From a bacterium (GTDB taxonomy: Bacteria > SAR324 > XYD2-FULL-50-16), in NCBI GenBank assembly GCA_032250835.1, contig JAVVEA010000004.1, positions 64,001 through 128,000 of the forward strand: a stretch of 64,000 nucleotides of DNA. The letters run 5' to 3'. A program made the position numbers and the translations under genes. Numbering within the stretch: the first letter of the stretch is position 1; every line of letters begins with the position of its first letter. The notes beneath the pieces were generated by a model, which worked only from the letters and a program-made list of their open reading frames with translations, did no database searches and had not been told where the DNA came from. This document shows, one piece after another, positions 9,528 through 18,059 of the stretch.

Positions 9528-10826
9528 ATGAACTTATTGCGCTTCCTTTACGACTGCGGAAAAACCTCCCTTTCGGGCGGTCGCCTGTACTGGACTTGGA
9601 TCGGGGTACTCCTGTTCTTCATTTCTATGGGCGCTTTTACCTATATGGGCCAAGCCCAGGACGGCTTGGTGGTGACCGGCATGTCCGATCAGGTCAGTTG
9701 GGGCTTTTATGTCTCTAACTTTACCTTTTTGGTCGGCGTCGCCGCTGCGGCGGTGATGTTGGTGATCCCCGCCTATATCTTCCACAACGACGACGCCAAA
9801 CGGGTGGTCTTGTTGGGTGAGGGTTTGGCGGTCGCCGCTAGCTTGATGTGTATGCTCTTTGTGGCCGTGGACCTCGGTCGGCCGGACCGGATCTGGCACC
9901 TAAGCCCCTATCCGGGCATGTTTAACTGGCCCAGCAGCTTGCTGACCTGGGACGTAGTGGTGCTCAATGGGTATTTTGTGCTCAACCTGTTGATCCCCGG
10001 CTACATCCTTTACCACCAGTACCACAATCGGCCTTACAACAAGAAGTTGGTCTTTGCCGGGGCGGTGCTCTCGATGTTTTGGGCGATCTCGATCCATACG
10101 GTGACCGCCTTCTTGTTCGCTTCAAACACCGCAAGGCCCTTCTGGTCGAGCGCTTTGGTGGCTCCGCGCTTTTTGGCGACTGCCTTTTGCGCCGGTCCGG
10201 CCTTTATCATCATCACCTTCTTCATCATGGACAAGATCGCCAAGTACCAGATTGGCAATAAGGTGATCGACATGTTGGCGGTGATTGTGGCGGTGTCGAT
10301 GCAGATCAACATCATCATGCTGATCGCCGAGTTGTTCGTGGAGTTTTACGCCGAGGGGCAACACTCGGCCAGCGCCCACTACCTGTTTTTAGGGCTCGGC
10401 GGGAAGAGCGGTCTGACCGGTTGGATCTGGACGGCCCAGGCCTTTAACTTGACCGCCGTGGTGCTCTTGATGATCGAAAAAACCCGCAAAAACCGCAAGA
10501 CCTTGATCTTGGCTTGTGCTTTGGCGGTGGCCGGGATTTGGATCGAAAAGGGGATGGGTTTTGTGATCCCCGGTTTTATCCCCACCCCGCTGGGTGAAAT
10601 CTTCGAATACAAGCCCACCATCAACGAAGTGAAAATTTCGGGCATGGTCTTTGGCATTGGTTTCTTGGTCTTTACTTTCATGATGAAACCCCTGCGCGCC
10701 ATCCAGTTGGGCATCTTAAGCAACCCCGAACTAGACCGGATCGAGGCCGTCCGCATGCAGGACGAACAAGAAAAAGCTCACATGGAAGCCCAACTCAAGA
10801 GCTACGAAGAGAGCAGCAAGAGCTAA
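9528..10826 (+). CDS. NrfD/DsrP/PsrC-family quinone-interacting membrane subunit
   Basis: TGMSDQVSWGFYVSNFTFLVGVAAAAV, DLGRPDR, WD, about 10 TM helices. Confidence 0.92.
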   Translation: MNLLRFLYDCGKTSLSGGRLYWTWIGVLLFFISMGAFTYMGQAQDGLVVTGMSDQVSWGFYVSNFTFLVGVAAAAVMLVIPAYIFHNDDAKRVVLLGEGLAVAASLMCMLFVAVDLGRPDRIWHLSPYPGMFNWPSSLLTWDVVVLNGYFVLNLLIPGYILYHQYHNRPYNKKLVFAGAVLSMFWAISIHTVTAFLFASNTARPFWSSALVAPRFLATAFCAGPAFIIITFFIMDKIAKYQIGNKVIDMLAVIVAVSMQINIIMLIAELFVEFYAEGQHSASAHYLFLGLGGKSGLTGWIWTAQAFNLTAVVLLMIEKTRKNRKTLILACALAVAGIWIEKGMGFVIPGFIPTPLGEIFEYKPTINEVKISGMVFGIGFLVFTFMMKPLRAIQLGILSNPELDRIEAVRMQDEQEKAHMEAQLKSYEESSKS

Positions 10827-10855
10827 AGCTTCGTTAGTTTTTGTTCTAGCCTTCT

Positions 10856-10900
10856 CCCCAACAGCCCGCCCCGGATTCGCTCCGGGGCGGGCTGTTGGGG
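10856..10900. terminator. Perfect 20-bp hairpin between convergent genes, likely bidirectional terminator
   Basis: CCCCAACAGCCCGCCCCGGA-TTCGC-TCCGGGGCGGGCTGTTGGGG. Confidence 0.8.
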
Positions 10901-10974
10901 TTTGGAGTTTCGACAGATTAAACCGAATCACAGCTTACACCCGAATATCTCAATAAAAAACATTTTAAAGGGAT

Positions 10975-11913
10975 CTAATCCTTTGACGTCTTTAAGTGGA
11001 TGCCGACATAGCCGATTAAAACTTTGCCTTCCTCTTGCAAGGGTAGGAAGTGGATGCGTTGGTTTGCACTCATCATCTTTGTGTGCCGCTCGCATATCCT
11101 TTGACTCCCATCGGGGCACCTAAAAGTCCTCATTGCTTTTAGATCAGAATTAGTCATTGTGGGTTGCGATTCGAAGGACCAAGTCAGACCTTCTGGACTG
11201 AAGGGCCCGGCTTCCCAAGATTGCATTGTGTCGTTGAGTATCTGCAAATGTCGTTGGATTTCGCTAAAATATAGCTCGCTACCATTCAGTGCCATCAATT
11301 GTTTTTTTGCTGAATCGCAGAGTGCAATAAAGGGATAGCGTGATACTGCCTGTTGCACCAAATCAGCTCCTGATTTGACTTTTCCTTGCAGGTTTAGGAT
11401 TTCCTGCTGTCTTTTTTGAGCCTGCGCTGCACAGCTCAAGTTGGGGACCAATACTAGGCTGGATTCAATCTGCTCATTACAGAATTGTATCATTTCCAGC
11501 TGCAACTGATCGGCTTCAAACCGCTGGTCACCCTGAAAAGACAACACGAAGTTGTTGGTCTGATGGGCTAGTGCTAATCCAAGCGCAGGTGCGTCATGGT
11601 ATTTGTACTCTACCAAATTGTAATTCGCCCGATTTTCCAGTAGGTCCTCGATAAATGGCGCTTTAGAAACCATTGTGAGAAATAGTTGAAAGGTAGGGTC
11701 TCCTCGATTTTCGCGGTCATATATGCAATCGTAGACGCTTCGATCAGGGGTTAAGGGTCGTGTGGAAAAATCACGAGTAGTCCTGATACCAGTCGAAAAA
11801 CCAAATTTCTTCAACAGCAAAGACAGCTCTACAAATTGCTTAATACCTTGTCGTGCCTTGCTTCGATTTTGATAAGGCTGCTCAAGAGAACGTTCATTTA
11901 GAATTTGGTCCAT
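10975..11913 (-). CDS. Putative defence effector with C-terminal RelE/ParE-like RNase fold (Menshen NsnC-like)
   Basis: Third gene of AT-richer operon; C-terminus ERHTK...RIHFL...VLIGYVGIHL resembles RelE-superfamily nucleases. Confidence 0.6.
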   Translation of the reverse strand: MDQILNERSLEQPYQNRSKARQGIKQFVELSLLLKKFGFSTGIRTTRDFSTRPLTPDRSVYDCIYDRENRGDPTFQLFLTMVSKAPFIEDLLENRANYNLVEYKYHDAPALGLALAHQTNNFVLSFQGDQRFEADQLQLEMIQFCNEQIESSLVLVPNLSCAAQAQKRQQEILNLQGKVKSGADLVQQAVSRYPFIALCDSAKKQLMALNGSELYFSEIQRHLQILNDTMQSWEAGPFSPEGLTWSFESQPTMTNSDLKAMRTFRCPDGSQRICERHTKMMSANQRIHFLPLQEEGKVLIGYVGIHLKTSKD

Positions 11914-11925
11914 ATAGCAAGCTGT

Positions 11926-13023
11926 TTACAAGAGGTCTGATAAGCTTTTTTCCCATTCGTCAAAGAAACCTTCCGGCCACTGGTCTAGCCTTCCGTCTCG
12001 GTCCAGTTTAGGGGTAATTCTGCAGGTGCTGTTGCGCTCTTTGTCGTGGTCAAAGAAATGAATTTTTACATCCTCGGGGCGGATTAGTTCTGTCTTGGCA
12101 GCAATCCGCACTCCGTTGAGGATGTGGTCACTGTGCGTTTCAACAATCACCTGAACGCCGTTGGCCGCCACCAAGGACAAAAAGCGTCCCAAGGCGGCTT
12201 GTCCCTTCGGGTGTAGGTGGGCCTCTGGGTTTTCGATCAGGATCAGGTCCCCTGGTTCAGCGCTCAAGCAGGCAACGAAGACGGGTAGGCTGTAGCTTAG
12301 ACCGAAGCCGACATTGGTCGCTCGGTAGGGGTTGCTTTCCAGGCCTCCCCGGACGAATGAGAACTTCATGCTCACCAAGTCTTGGTCGTCTTGGGTGTTC
12401 AACCGAATCCTAGGTTCCTGTCCGATTTCGGACAGCCATGCCTCGACTTGAAAGCGTAGACCTGCCTCAGGCTGTTTCGGGTGCATTAATTCTTTTATCG
12501 CCAAAGGCTTGCGCTCGTTGGTCGCGAGCAGATGCGGCGCAAACTCGCCCGATTTTCCCACCCGACTATATTTGACCGCTTCCTCGGCGACCAGTGCAGC
12601 AGCGATTCGTGGCCCCAACCGTTCAGCCTGCAGGTAATAGAAACCGGGCTTGTTTATAAGCCCTAGGCTCTCGGGGGTGGGCGCATTTTTTAGGCTCAGG
12701 TGTCGTTTTTTCTTGTCGATTGCGTTCATGTCGAAGACCAACGAGCATCCGTCCGAACCGGTAATTTTCAGCCGAATCCGATCATCTTCGGCAAAATCAA
12801 AAAGCAGGTCGTCGGCTTGCCCTAGATTCACTAAAGGGCCGTTCAAACAGGCTCCCAATTCCCCTAGCCGGTCTACCACCGCCGATTGGCGAAGCAAGAG
12901 CAGTGATTGCAGCACAGTGCTTTTACCCATGCCGTTGATACCTGAGAGCAGAGTTAAGGGGCCCAAGGGGATATGCTCGTCTTGGTAACATTTGAAGTTC
13001 ACCAACTGAATCGACTGGATCAT
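11926..13023 (-). CDS. ABC/AAA_21-type ATPase with DUF3696 C-terminus (Menshen NsnB-like)
   Basis: Walker A GINGMGKS, NVGFGLS, IENPEAHLHPKGQ, VETHSDH, WPEGFFD. Confidence 0.88.
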   Translation of the reverse strand: MIQSIQLVNFKCYQDEHIPLGPLTLLSGINGMGKSTVLQSLLLLRQSAVVDRLGELGACLNGPLVNLGQADDLLFDFAEDDRIRLKITGSDGCSLVFDMNAIDKKKRHLSLKNAPTPESLGLINKPGFYYLQAERLGPRIAAALVAEEAVKYSRVGKSGEFAPHLLATNERKPLAIKELMHPKQPEAGLRFQVEAWLSEIGQEPRIRLNTQDDQDLVSMKFSFVRGGLESNPYRATNVGFGLSYSLPVFVACLSAEPGDLILIENPEAHLHPKGQAALGRFLSLVAANGVQVIVETHSDHILNGVRIAAKTELIRPEDVKIHFFDHDKERNSTCRITPKLDRDGRLDQWPEGFFDEWEKSLSDLL

Positions 13024-14153
13024 TGCAAGGTCTCCTGAATGATGAGACCAATCTGCTCAAATCTCATTCGCACCCGTTTGACCGACCCGGTCCCCTGGGT
13101 GATGGCGCTTTCGAAGGGTTTGTTGTGCATCAAATTGATGAAGCGTCTCTTAAGGTCGTTCTGTCGTTCGATCAGTCGTTTCACCTCGTCTGAGTTCAAG
13201 GCACCGAGGTTGACGCTCCACGATTCAAAGAGAGCCTTGTTGATCTGTGAACGGCCTGCCTCCCAATCAAATCGTTTTCGGAACGCATCGTTTTCGAACA
13301 ATTTATAGGCAGTCTCCATCGCTAATTGAAACCGAGTCTTCAACTGCGCCAAATCCTCGTCGCTACTTTCATTCAGACGGCTCATCGCTTGGTGTAGGAA
13401 TAGGTCGAAGTTATCCTCGTCATACTGCTCTGGAGATGTCATCGAAAAGGCTAGAAAGCGCAGTGCGCATTCTCTGTCGTCCATTCGCTTGGAAGGAATG
13501 CTTCCCGCTGTAGCCTGTTTGAAACAGTCCATCTCAACTAATTCCTTCAGGAAAACGGTTGCTTTCCCTTGGTTAAGTGCATGCCGGATTTCCTGGGCTG
13601 AGAGGGGCTGACCGCCAGTGTTGATCCGTTTGAAAATGTCAAACTTCACCCGATGGGGGGTGCCTGGCTGAATGAGATAGACTACCAGGCTGGTCTCCTC
13701 AATCCGACGTTGCAGCGCTCGAGATAGATCATCAAAGCACTTGCCTTCATAATCATGCAGGAACTCTAGCCCCTTGAGCTGTAGGCTCTTGTCGATCACG
13801 AACTTCTTGATCGTGGTCAAGCGTTGCAAGCCATCAACCACCAACCAACGTTCATCGTCGCTGGCATCGAAGTAAAAAGCTGGTAGGGGTATCTTGATCA
13901 GCAAGGATTCGATCAATCGGCTTTCCGCCTCGATCCTCCAAACGCCGCCGTAACGTTGGAAATCTGGGGCCATATCGATCTCTTCATTCTTCATTCTGCG
14001 GATCAACACGTCCAAAGTGGGTGTTTTGGTGTCCACCCGAATTTGGCTAGGATCAAAGGGGGAGCGAATATCCACCTCGTCGTTGCTTGTATCGTCGCCT
14101 TCTAGCGGTGCTTGCTCTTCAGGAATGGTGACAAAACTTCTTTCTTCTGGCAT
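13020..14153 (-). CDS. DUF262 (ParB/Srx-fold) protein (Menshen NsnA-like)
   Basis: PDFQR, LIESLL..IPLP, VVDGLQRLTTI, FKRINTGG. Confidence 0.9.
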   Translation of the reverse strand: MPEERSFVTIPEEQAPLEGDDTSNDEVDIRSPFDPSQIRVDTKTPTLDVLIRRMKNEEIDMAPDFQRYGGVWRIEAESRLIESLLIKIPLPAFYFDASDDERWLVVDGLQRLTTIKKFVIDKSLQLKGLEFLHDYEGKCFDDLSRALQRRIEETSLVVYLIQPGTPHRVKFDIFKRINTGGQPLSAQEIRHALNQGKATVFLKELVEMDCFKQATAGSIPSKRMDDRECALRFLAFSMTSPEQYDEDNFDLFLHQAMSRLNESSDEDLAQLKTRFQLAMETAYKLFENDAFRKRFDWEAGRSQINKALFESWSVNLGALNSDEVKRLIERQNDLKRRFINLMHNKPFESAITQGTGSVKRVRMRFEQIGLIIQETLQ

Positions 14154-14506
14154 TTGATTCGATTGAAAAGGTTCCGTTGGGATTTGCCCCCAGGTGGAAG
14201 CCGATCCCGAGCAAAGTCCGCGATCCCCTTTGATATGTATCTAATTTTTTCGTTACTTCAAAGCGAAAGTTCTTTGTATTGCTATTTGGGGATGTCAGAT
14301 GTCACTGTTTTGATCTTTTCCCTTTTTGTACTTTTCCATCCGCTCTCAAACATCGCTGAACTCGCTTATTGGAGTAGGAGCACCAAGGGTCGATGCCCCC
14401 TGGACCCCTCTTGTTTTCGTCTCTTTCAGATTCTTGGGCACTCCCCTGGCTAGCTAGGCCTTTGTTTCCCTCCCCACCAACTCCCCTCAAGTTTAGCGCA
14501 AACTCG

Positions 14507-14535
14507 TTGCAATAAGGTGAACAAATGTATACTAT
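14507..14535 (+). promoter_or_regulatory. Sigma70-type promoter of imuA with candidate LexA operator in the spacer
   Basis: TTGCAA-17 nt-TACTAT; overlaps imperfect dyad GTGAACAAATGTATAC (GAAC-N4-GTAT). Confidence 0.5.
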
Positions 14536-14578
14536 ATGGGTGAGATCAACGGACCTTTAACGAGGGAGCCAAACCGCC

Positions 14579-15259
14579 ATGAACGCAGAACAGATCAGCT
14601 TTGAGTCACAACCAAAGGCCCAAGTGCTGCGCCAGCAGTTGTTGGGTCAGGGGCTGCGTCTGGGTCCGGCGGGGCGGCCCCGGCGGTTGCTTTCGGGGCG
14701 GCCTGGGTTAGACCAGTTTTTAGAGGGCGGGTTGCCCTTAGGCGGCCTGACCGAATGGGGCCTGCCGCTGGGTTCTGAGGGGCGGGCGCTGTTGATGCCT
14801 TACTTAGCGGCGGCGACCGGCACGGCCCAAGGGGGCCCCCATTGGTGTCTGTGGATTTCTTGCCATGACGACTGGAAGCCCTTCCCGCCTGCTTTTTTGG
14901 CCGCCGGGGTGGCCGCCGAACGGTTGGTTTTCGCCGAAAGCCGCGACCCGCTCAAGGACCTGCAACCAGCGCTGGTCCATCCCTTGTTCCGCCTGTTGGT
15001 CTTAGATAGTCCGCCCCGGCTGGGCCGGGGGGCCCTTTCCTTCTTAGAGGCCCGTGCCCGCACCCAGGGGCAGGCGGTTTTGGTGCTGCGGCCCTTTTTT
15101 CTGTCCAACAAACTGGGCAACGTCTGGGCTCGCTTTCGGGTTAACGGTTGGCGGCGTCCCGATGGGAACTGGCAACTCAAGGCGTTGCGCGGCCTAAGGG
15201 CCCAAGAAATGAGCCTGAGCGCCGAGGACCTGACCGGGCCGCTGGCCCCCACAAGGTAG
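14579..15259 (+). CDS. imuA: ImuA-like RecA-fold mutasome protein
   Basis: SGRPGLDQFLEGGLPLGGLTEW with degenerate Walker A, LLVLD; first gene upstream of dnaE2. Confidence 0.8.
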   Translation: MNAEQISFESQPKAQVLRQQLLGQGLRLGPAGRPRRLLSGRPGLDQFLEGGLPLGGLTEWGLPLGSEGRALLMPYLAAATGTAQGGPHWCLWISCHDDWKPFPPAFLAAGVAAERLVFAESRDPLKDLQPALVHPLFRLLVLDSPPRLGRGALSFLEARARTQGQAVLVLRPFFLSNKLGNVWARFRVNGWRRPDGNWQLKALRGLRAQEMSLSAEDLTGPLAPTR

Positions 15260-15266
15260 AGGGCCT

Positions 15267-16850
15267 ATGCTGCTGCGCCACCGGGGGGCCTTGGGCCCCT
15301 ATTTAGCTTTAAAGTGCCACGACCTGCCCCCGGCCTTGGCCTTGAAGCCTCTGGCCCAAAATCCGGAACCCCAGGGGGCCGCCGAGGGTTTGGAGCTGTT
15401 GCCCTTTGCGAAGCAGGGATCAGAGGCCCCTCAGGCAGTTGTTTTGGGGCCTGAGTTGGGGGCTGAGCCGCCGCCTGAGGCGCTGTGGTGCTTGAGTCCT
15501 GAGGTGATGGATTTTGGGGATGGTTTGTGGTTGATGGCCTTGGGGCCGACCTTAAGTTATTGGAAGGGCCGGGCCGCCCAGTTGGATACCGGCTTGGCGG
15601 CACTCTGGCGGCGGGTGTTGGACCGGCTTTTTGGCAGCGCCCCGCCGGGCGTTTTGGCCCCAGACCCCGGCTACCGAGCGGCGATTGCCGGGCATCCTTG
15701 GGCGGCGGTGTTGTTGTTAGAGGCCCAGGCGGAGCGGAATTTGGGCGGCTTGGTGACCGCCGAGGGGCGGCGCGGGGGCGAGTTGTGGCAGCGTTGTTCT
15801 TGGGGGGCCTGGGACCGGGCCTTGGCCCGGCTCACGCCACACTTAGAGGAGCGCAAAGGCTTTAAGGCCGCCGGATTCCGCCGCCAGCGGACCCGGCTGT
15901 TGCAGGCAGTCCACCGGTTGGGTTTGGACCGGCCCCAGGAGGCGCGGATTTTACCGGCCCAGGGGATCGGCCAGCGTTACGGCGGCCTGTTAGCCGACCT
16001 TTGGGCCTTGAGCTTTGGCCAGTCGCAGCCCGAGGCGGACCCCTTTCCTTGGAAGCCGCTGGCCCCCAAGCCCCCCGCCCAGGTGCGGCGGGTCTTGGAG
16101 TACAATATTTTTGAATGGGAGGCGGCGGTTCCTTTTTTGATCGAAGACCTGGACCGCTTGGCGGACTTGGCCCCAGAGCGGCAGGTCTTGGCTTTAGGCT
16201 GGCGGGTGTGGCTTGAAGACGGGGACCCTTTGGAATTGGAGTTGGATTTCCGCCACCCCCATGCCTTAGAGGTCGAGCGGGGCCAGCAGAAAACGGCGCT
16301 GACCCGTGCGCAGTTGGTTTTTGAGGCCGCGCGGCTTCAGTCCTTTCGGGTTGAGGAAGGGCGCGAAGAGGTGTTTTTTGAAGCCCCCCCGATGATCGGT
16401 TGGGAGCTGTCTTTGTTGCGTTCCGTAGAAGAGCCCAACTTGATGTTGGATCTCTTTGGCGGTTTGGCGGCCGAGCGGAGTGAGTTGGAGGCTTTGGCTT
16501 CTTTGGAGAACCTTTTGGAGGTGCCGTTGCAGCGTTATGCACCGGTCTGGGACTGGCTGCCTGAGGATTCTTATGAACCCTGGGGCAGCGCGGGGGATAG
16601 CGAGGCGGTTTTATTTGAGCCCTCTTTGCTGGACGCCGCGCGGCAGCGTCCGTTATTTCTGCGGCGTGAGGCGGTTGCTTTGGAGGGGCCGCCTTGGGGG
16701 GCGGTTTTTTGTGAGAGTGTTTCGGCGAAGTGGTGGGGGCTTCCGGGGACGGTGGCGCGGGAGTATTTTCGGTTTCGGCGGGGGCCGAAGTGGTTTTGGG
16801 GGTACCGCGATGAGCGGGGGGATTGGTTTGAGCAGGGGGTGTTTGGATAA
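15267..16850 (+). CDS. imuB: Highly divergent ImuB-like inactive Y-family polymerase scaffold
   Basis: Lies between imuA and dnaE2; ImuB-type C-terminus RPLFL...KWW...REYF...WFEQGVFG; no catalytic motifs seen. Confidence 0.7.
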   Translation: MLLRHRGALGPYLALKCHDLPPALALKPLAQNPEPQGAAEGLELLPFAKQGSEAPQAVVLGPELGAEPPPEALWCLSPEVMDFGDGLWLMALGPTLSYWKGRAAQLDTGLAALWRRVLDRLFGSAPPGVLAPDPGYRAAIAGHPWAAVLLLEAQAERNLGGLVTAEGRRGGELWQRCSWGAWDRALARLTPHLEERKGFKAAGFRRQRTRLLQAVHRLGLDRPQEARILPAQGIGQRYGGLLADLWALSFGQSQPEADPFPWKPLAPKPPAQVRRVLEYNIFEWEAAVPFLIEDLDRLADLAPERQVLALGWRVWLEDGDPLELELDFRHPHALEVERGQQKTALTRAQLVFEAARLQSFRVEEGREEVFFEAPPMIGWELSLLRSVEEPNLMLDLFGGLAAERSELEALASLENLLEVPLQRYAPVWDWLPEDSYEPWGSAGDSEAVLFEPSLLDAARQRPLFLRREAVALEGPPWGAVFCESVSAKWWGLPGTVAREYFRFRRGPKWFWGYRDERGDWFEQGVFG

Positions 16851-16959
16851 ATTTTTAGGCGGTGCCACCGCCGCGAGCGTTGCTCACATAAAACCATCGG
16901 CGCAGCCGATACTATATAGGGACTTTAAGACGAAACTCAATCCAGCAAGAGTGATCACA

Positions 16960-17022
16960 GTTCTAGGTTCTAGGTTCTAGGTTCTAGGTTCTAGGTTCTA
17001 GGTTCTAGGTTCTAGGTTCTAG
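16960..17022 (+). repeat. Perfect heptamer tandem repeat (GTTCTAG)x9
   Basis: 63 bp counted directly. Confidence 0.98.
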
Positions 17023-17052
17023 GGAGCATAAAGCTTTGGTTGGTTAATAGCT

Positions 17053-17367
17053 ATGGGATTACTTTCTTTGGCTGGCAAAGAAAGTAACAAAGAAACCAGC
17101 CCCCAAATGGCTCGCCGCTAAGAGCCCCTACGCCTCACTCCGCTAAAATGCCAAACTCGCCCCGCCAAGCAGCACCGAACGAAGTGAGGGCTGCGGGCGT
17201 AGCGACGCGAGCTGGCGAGTGTTGCTCATGTAAGCCGTCGGCGAAGCCGACTCCCTAACGCTCGAAGCTCGAACAGGTGGCATTTTGGCCGCTACGCTTC
17301 GGCTAGGGGCTCTAAGCGGCTCACCAACGGGGGAACTTTAAAGCCCCTTGCTACGAGGGTTTTGGGG
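17053..17367 (+). repeat. Palindromic repeat family A copy 1, containing a family B insert at about 17165-17259
   Basis: Starts ATGGGATTACTTTCTTTGGCTGGCAAAGAAAGTAAC; nested stems AGAGCCCCTA/TAGGGGCTCT and AAAATGCCA/TGGCATTTT. Confidence 0.85.
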
Positions 17368-17396
17368 AGCACTAAGCCCTTGTTAGGTTAAAAGTG

Positions 17397-17597
17397 ATGG
17401 GACTACTTTTTTGGCTCACTAAGGAGCTTCGAGGCCGTAGGCCGAGGGCGACGTGTGTGACGACGCGAGCCAGCGGCGGTTGCGCATCCTAAACCGTTGG
17501 CGAAGCCAACCCCCAACGAAAAAGTAGCAAAAAAACCAGCCCCCAAGTGGCTCACCGTTAAGAGCCAGTACGCCAACGGGGAGATCATAAAAGCCCT
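17397..17597 (+). repeat. Repeat family A copy 2 (internally deleted), containing a family B insert at about 17419-17517
   Basis: ATGGGACTACTTTTTT...AAAAAGTAGCAAAAAAACCAGCCCCCAAGTGGCTCACCGTTAAGAGCC matches copy 1. Confidence 0.8.
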
Positions 17598-17628
17598 AAA
17601 AATCAGGGGACCGTTAGTTTTTTGCAGC

Positions 17629-17851
17629 GGGAAACCCAAAGCTTGCGGTGTAGGGCATTTGGGTTCCCTTTGGCGAGCGGCCTAGAGCCCCTAGCCGAAG
17701 CGAGCGTTAAAAAAGCCAAACTGTTCGAGCTTCGAGCGCAGCGAGGGCGAGTTTTTGGCTTTTAGCGAGTGAGGCGTAGGGGGTCTTGGTCGCGAAGGTG
17801 AGGGCTGGTTTCTTTGCTTCTTTCTTTGCCAGCCAAAGAAAGAAGTCCCAT
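17629..17851 (-). repeat. Repeat family A copy 3, inverted, without B insert
   Basis: Reverse complement ATGGGACTTCTTTCTTTGGCTGGCAAAGAAAGAAGCAAAGAAACCAGCCC...CTACGCCTCACTC...GCTCGAAGCTCGAACAG...GCTTCGGCTAGGGGCTCTA. Confidence 0.88.
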
Positions 17852-17900
17852 CCCTCTATTCTGCCCGGCAGCCTTGTGCCCCCCCTTGGCCCCGAAAAGA

Positions 17901-18059
17901 GGGAGTGCTGCTTCGCTTTTGTGTATGTAACGTTCAAAGGCTCGCATTGCTACCCACGCAGCCCTCGGCTTGACGGCCTCAAAGCTGCTTAGCGCGGCTA
18001 GGGGCTCTAAGTCGCTTGGCTCAGAGGGAACCTAAGACCCATACCCCGCAGGTCTGAGG
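17901..18059. repeat. Inverted family B copy (17901-17992) followed by a 3' fragment of family A
   Basis: Reverse complement CTAAGCAGCTTTGAGGCCGTCAAGCCGAGGGCTGCG matches the B inserts; then CGGCTAGGGGCTCTAAG...GGGAACC. Confidence 0.75.

Noticed and set aside
14383-14408. Short REP-like hairpin CCAAGGG..CCCCTGG followed by ACCCC
   Set aside because: Single imperfect copy in the window; cannot support a family.
10830-14490. att sites or target duplication around the defence island
   Set aside because: Only a weak CTCCCCA similarity at the flanks; no integrase or tRNA.
15265-16980. Long Pro/Arg-rich alternative-frame ORFs over imuB, and similar antisense ORFs throughout
   Set aside because: Expected shadows in GC-rich coding DNA.
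16960-17022. GTTC repeats as alphaproteobacterial LexA boxes
   Set aside because: Period is 7, whereas GTTC-N7-GTTC needs 11.
17403-17992. Five short ORFs of 61-78 aa
   Set aside because: They overlap palindromic repeats on both strands and show no recognisable protein features.
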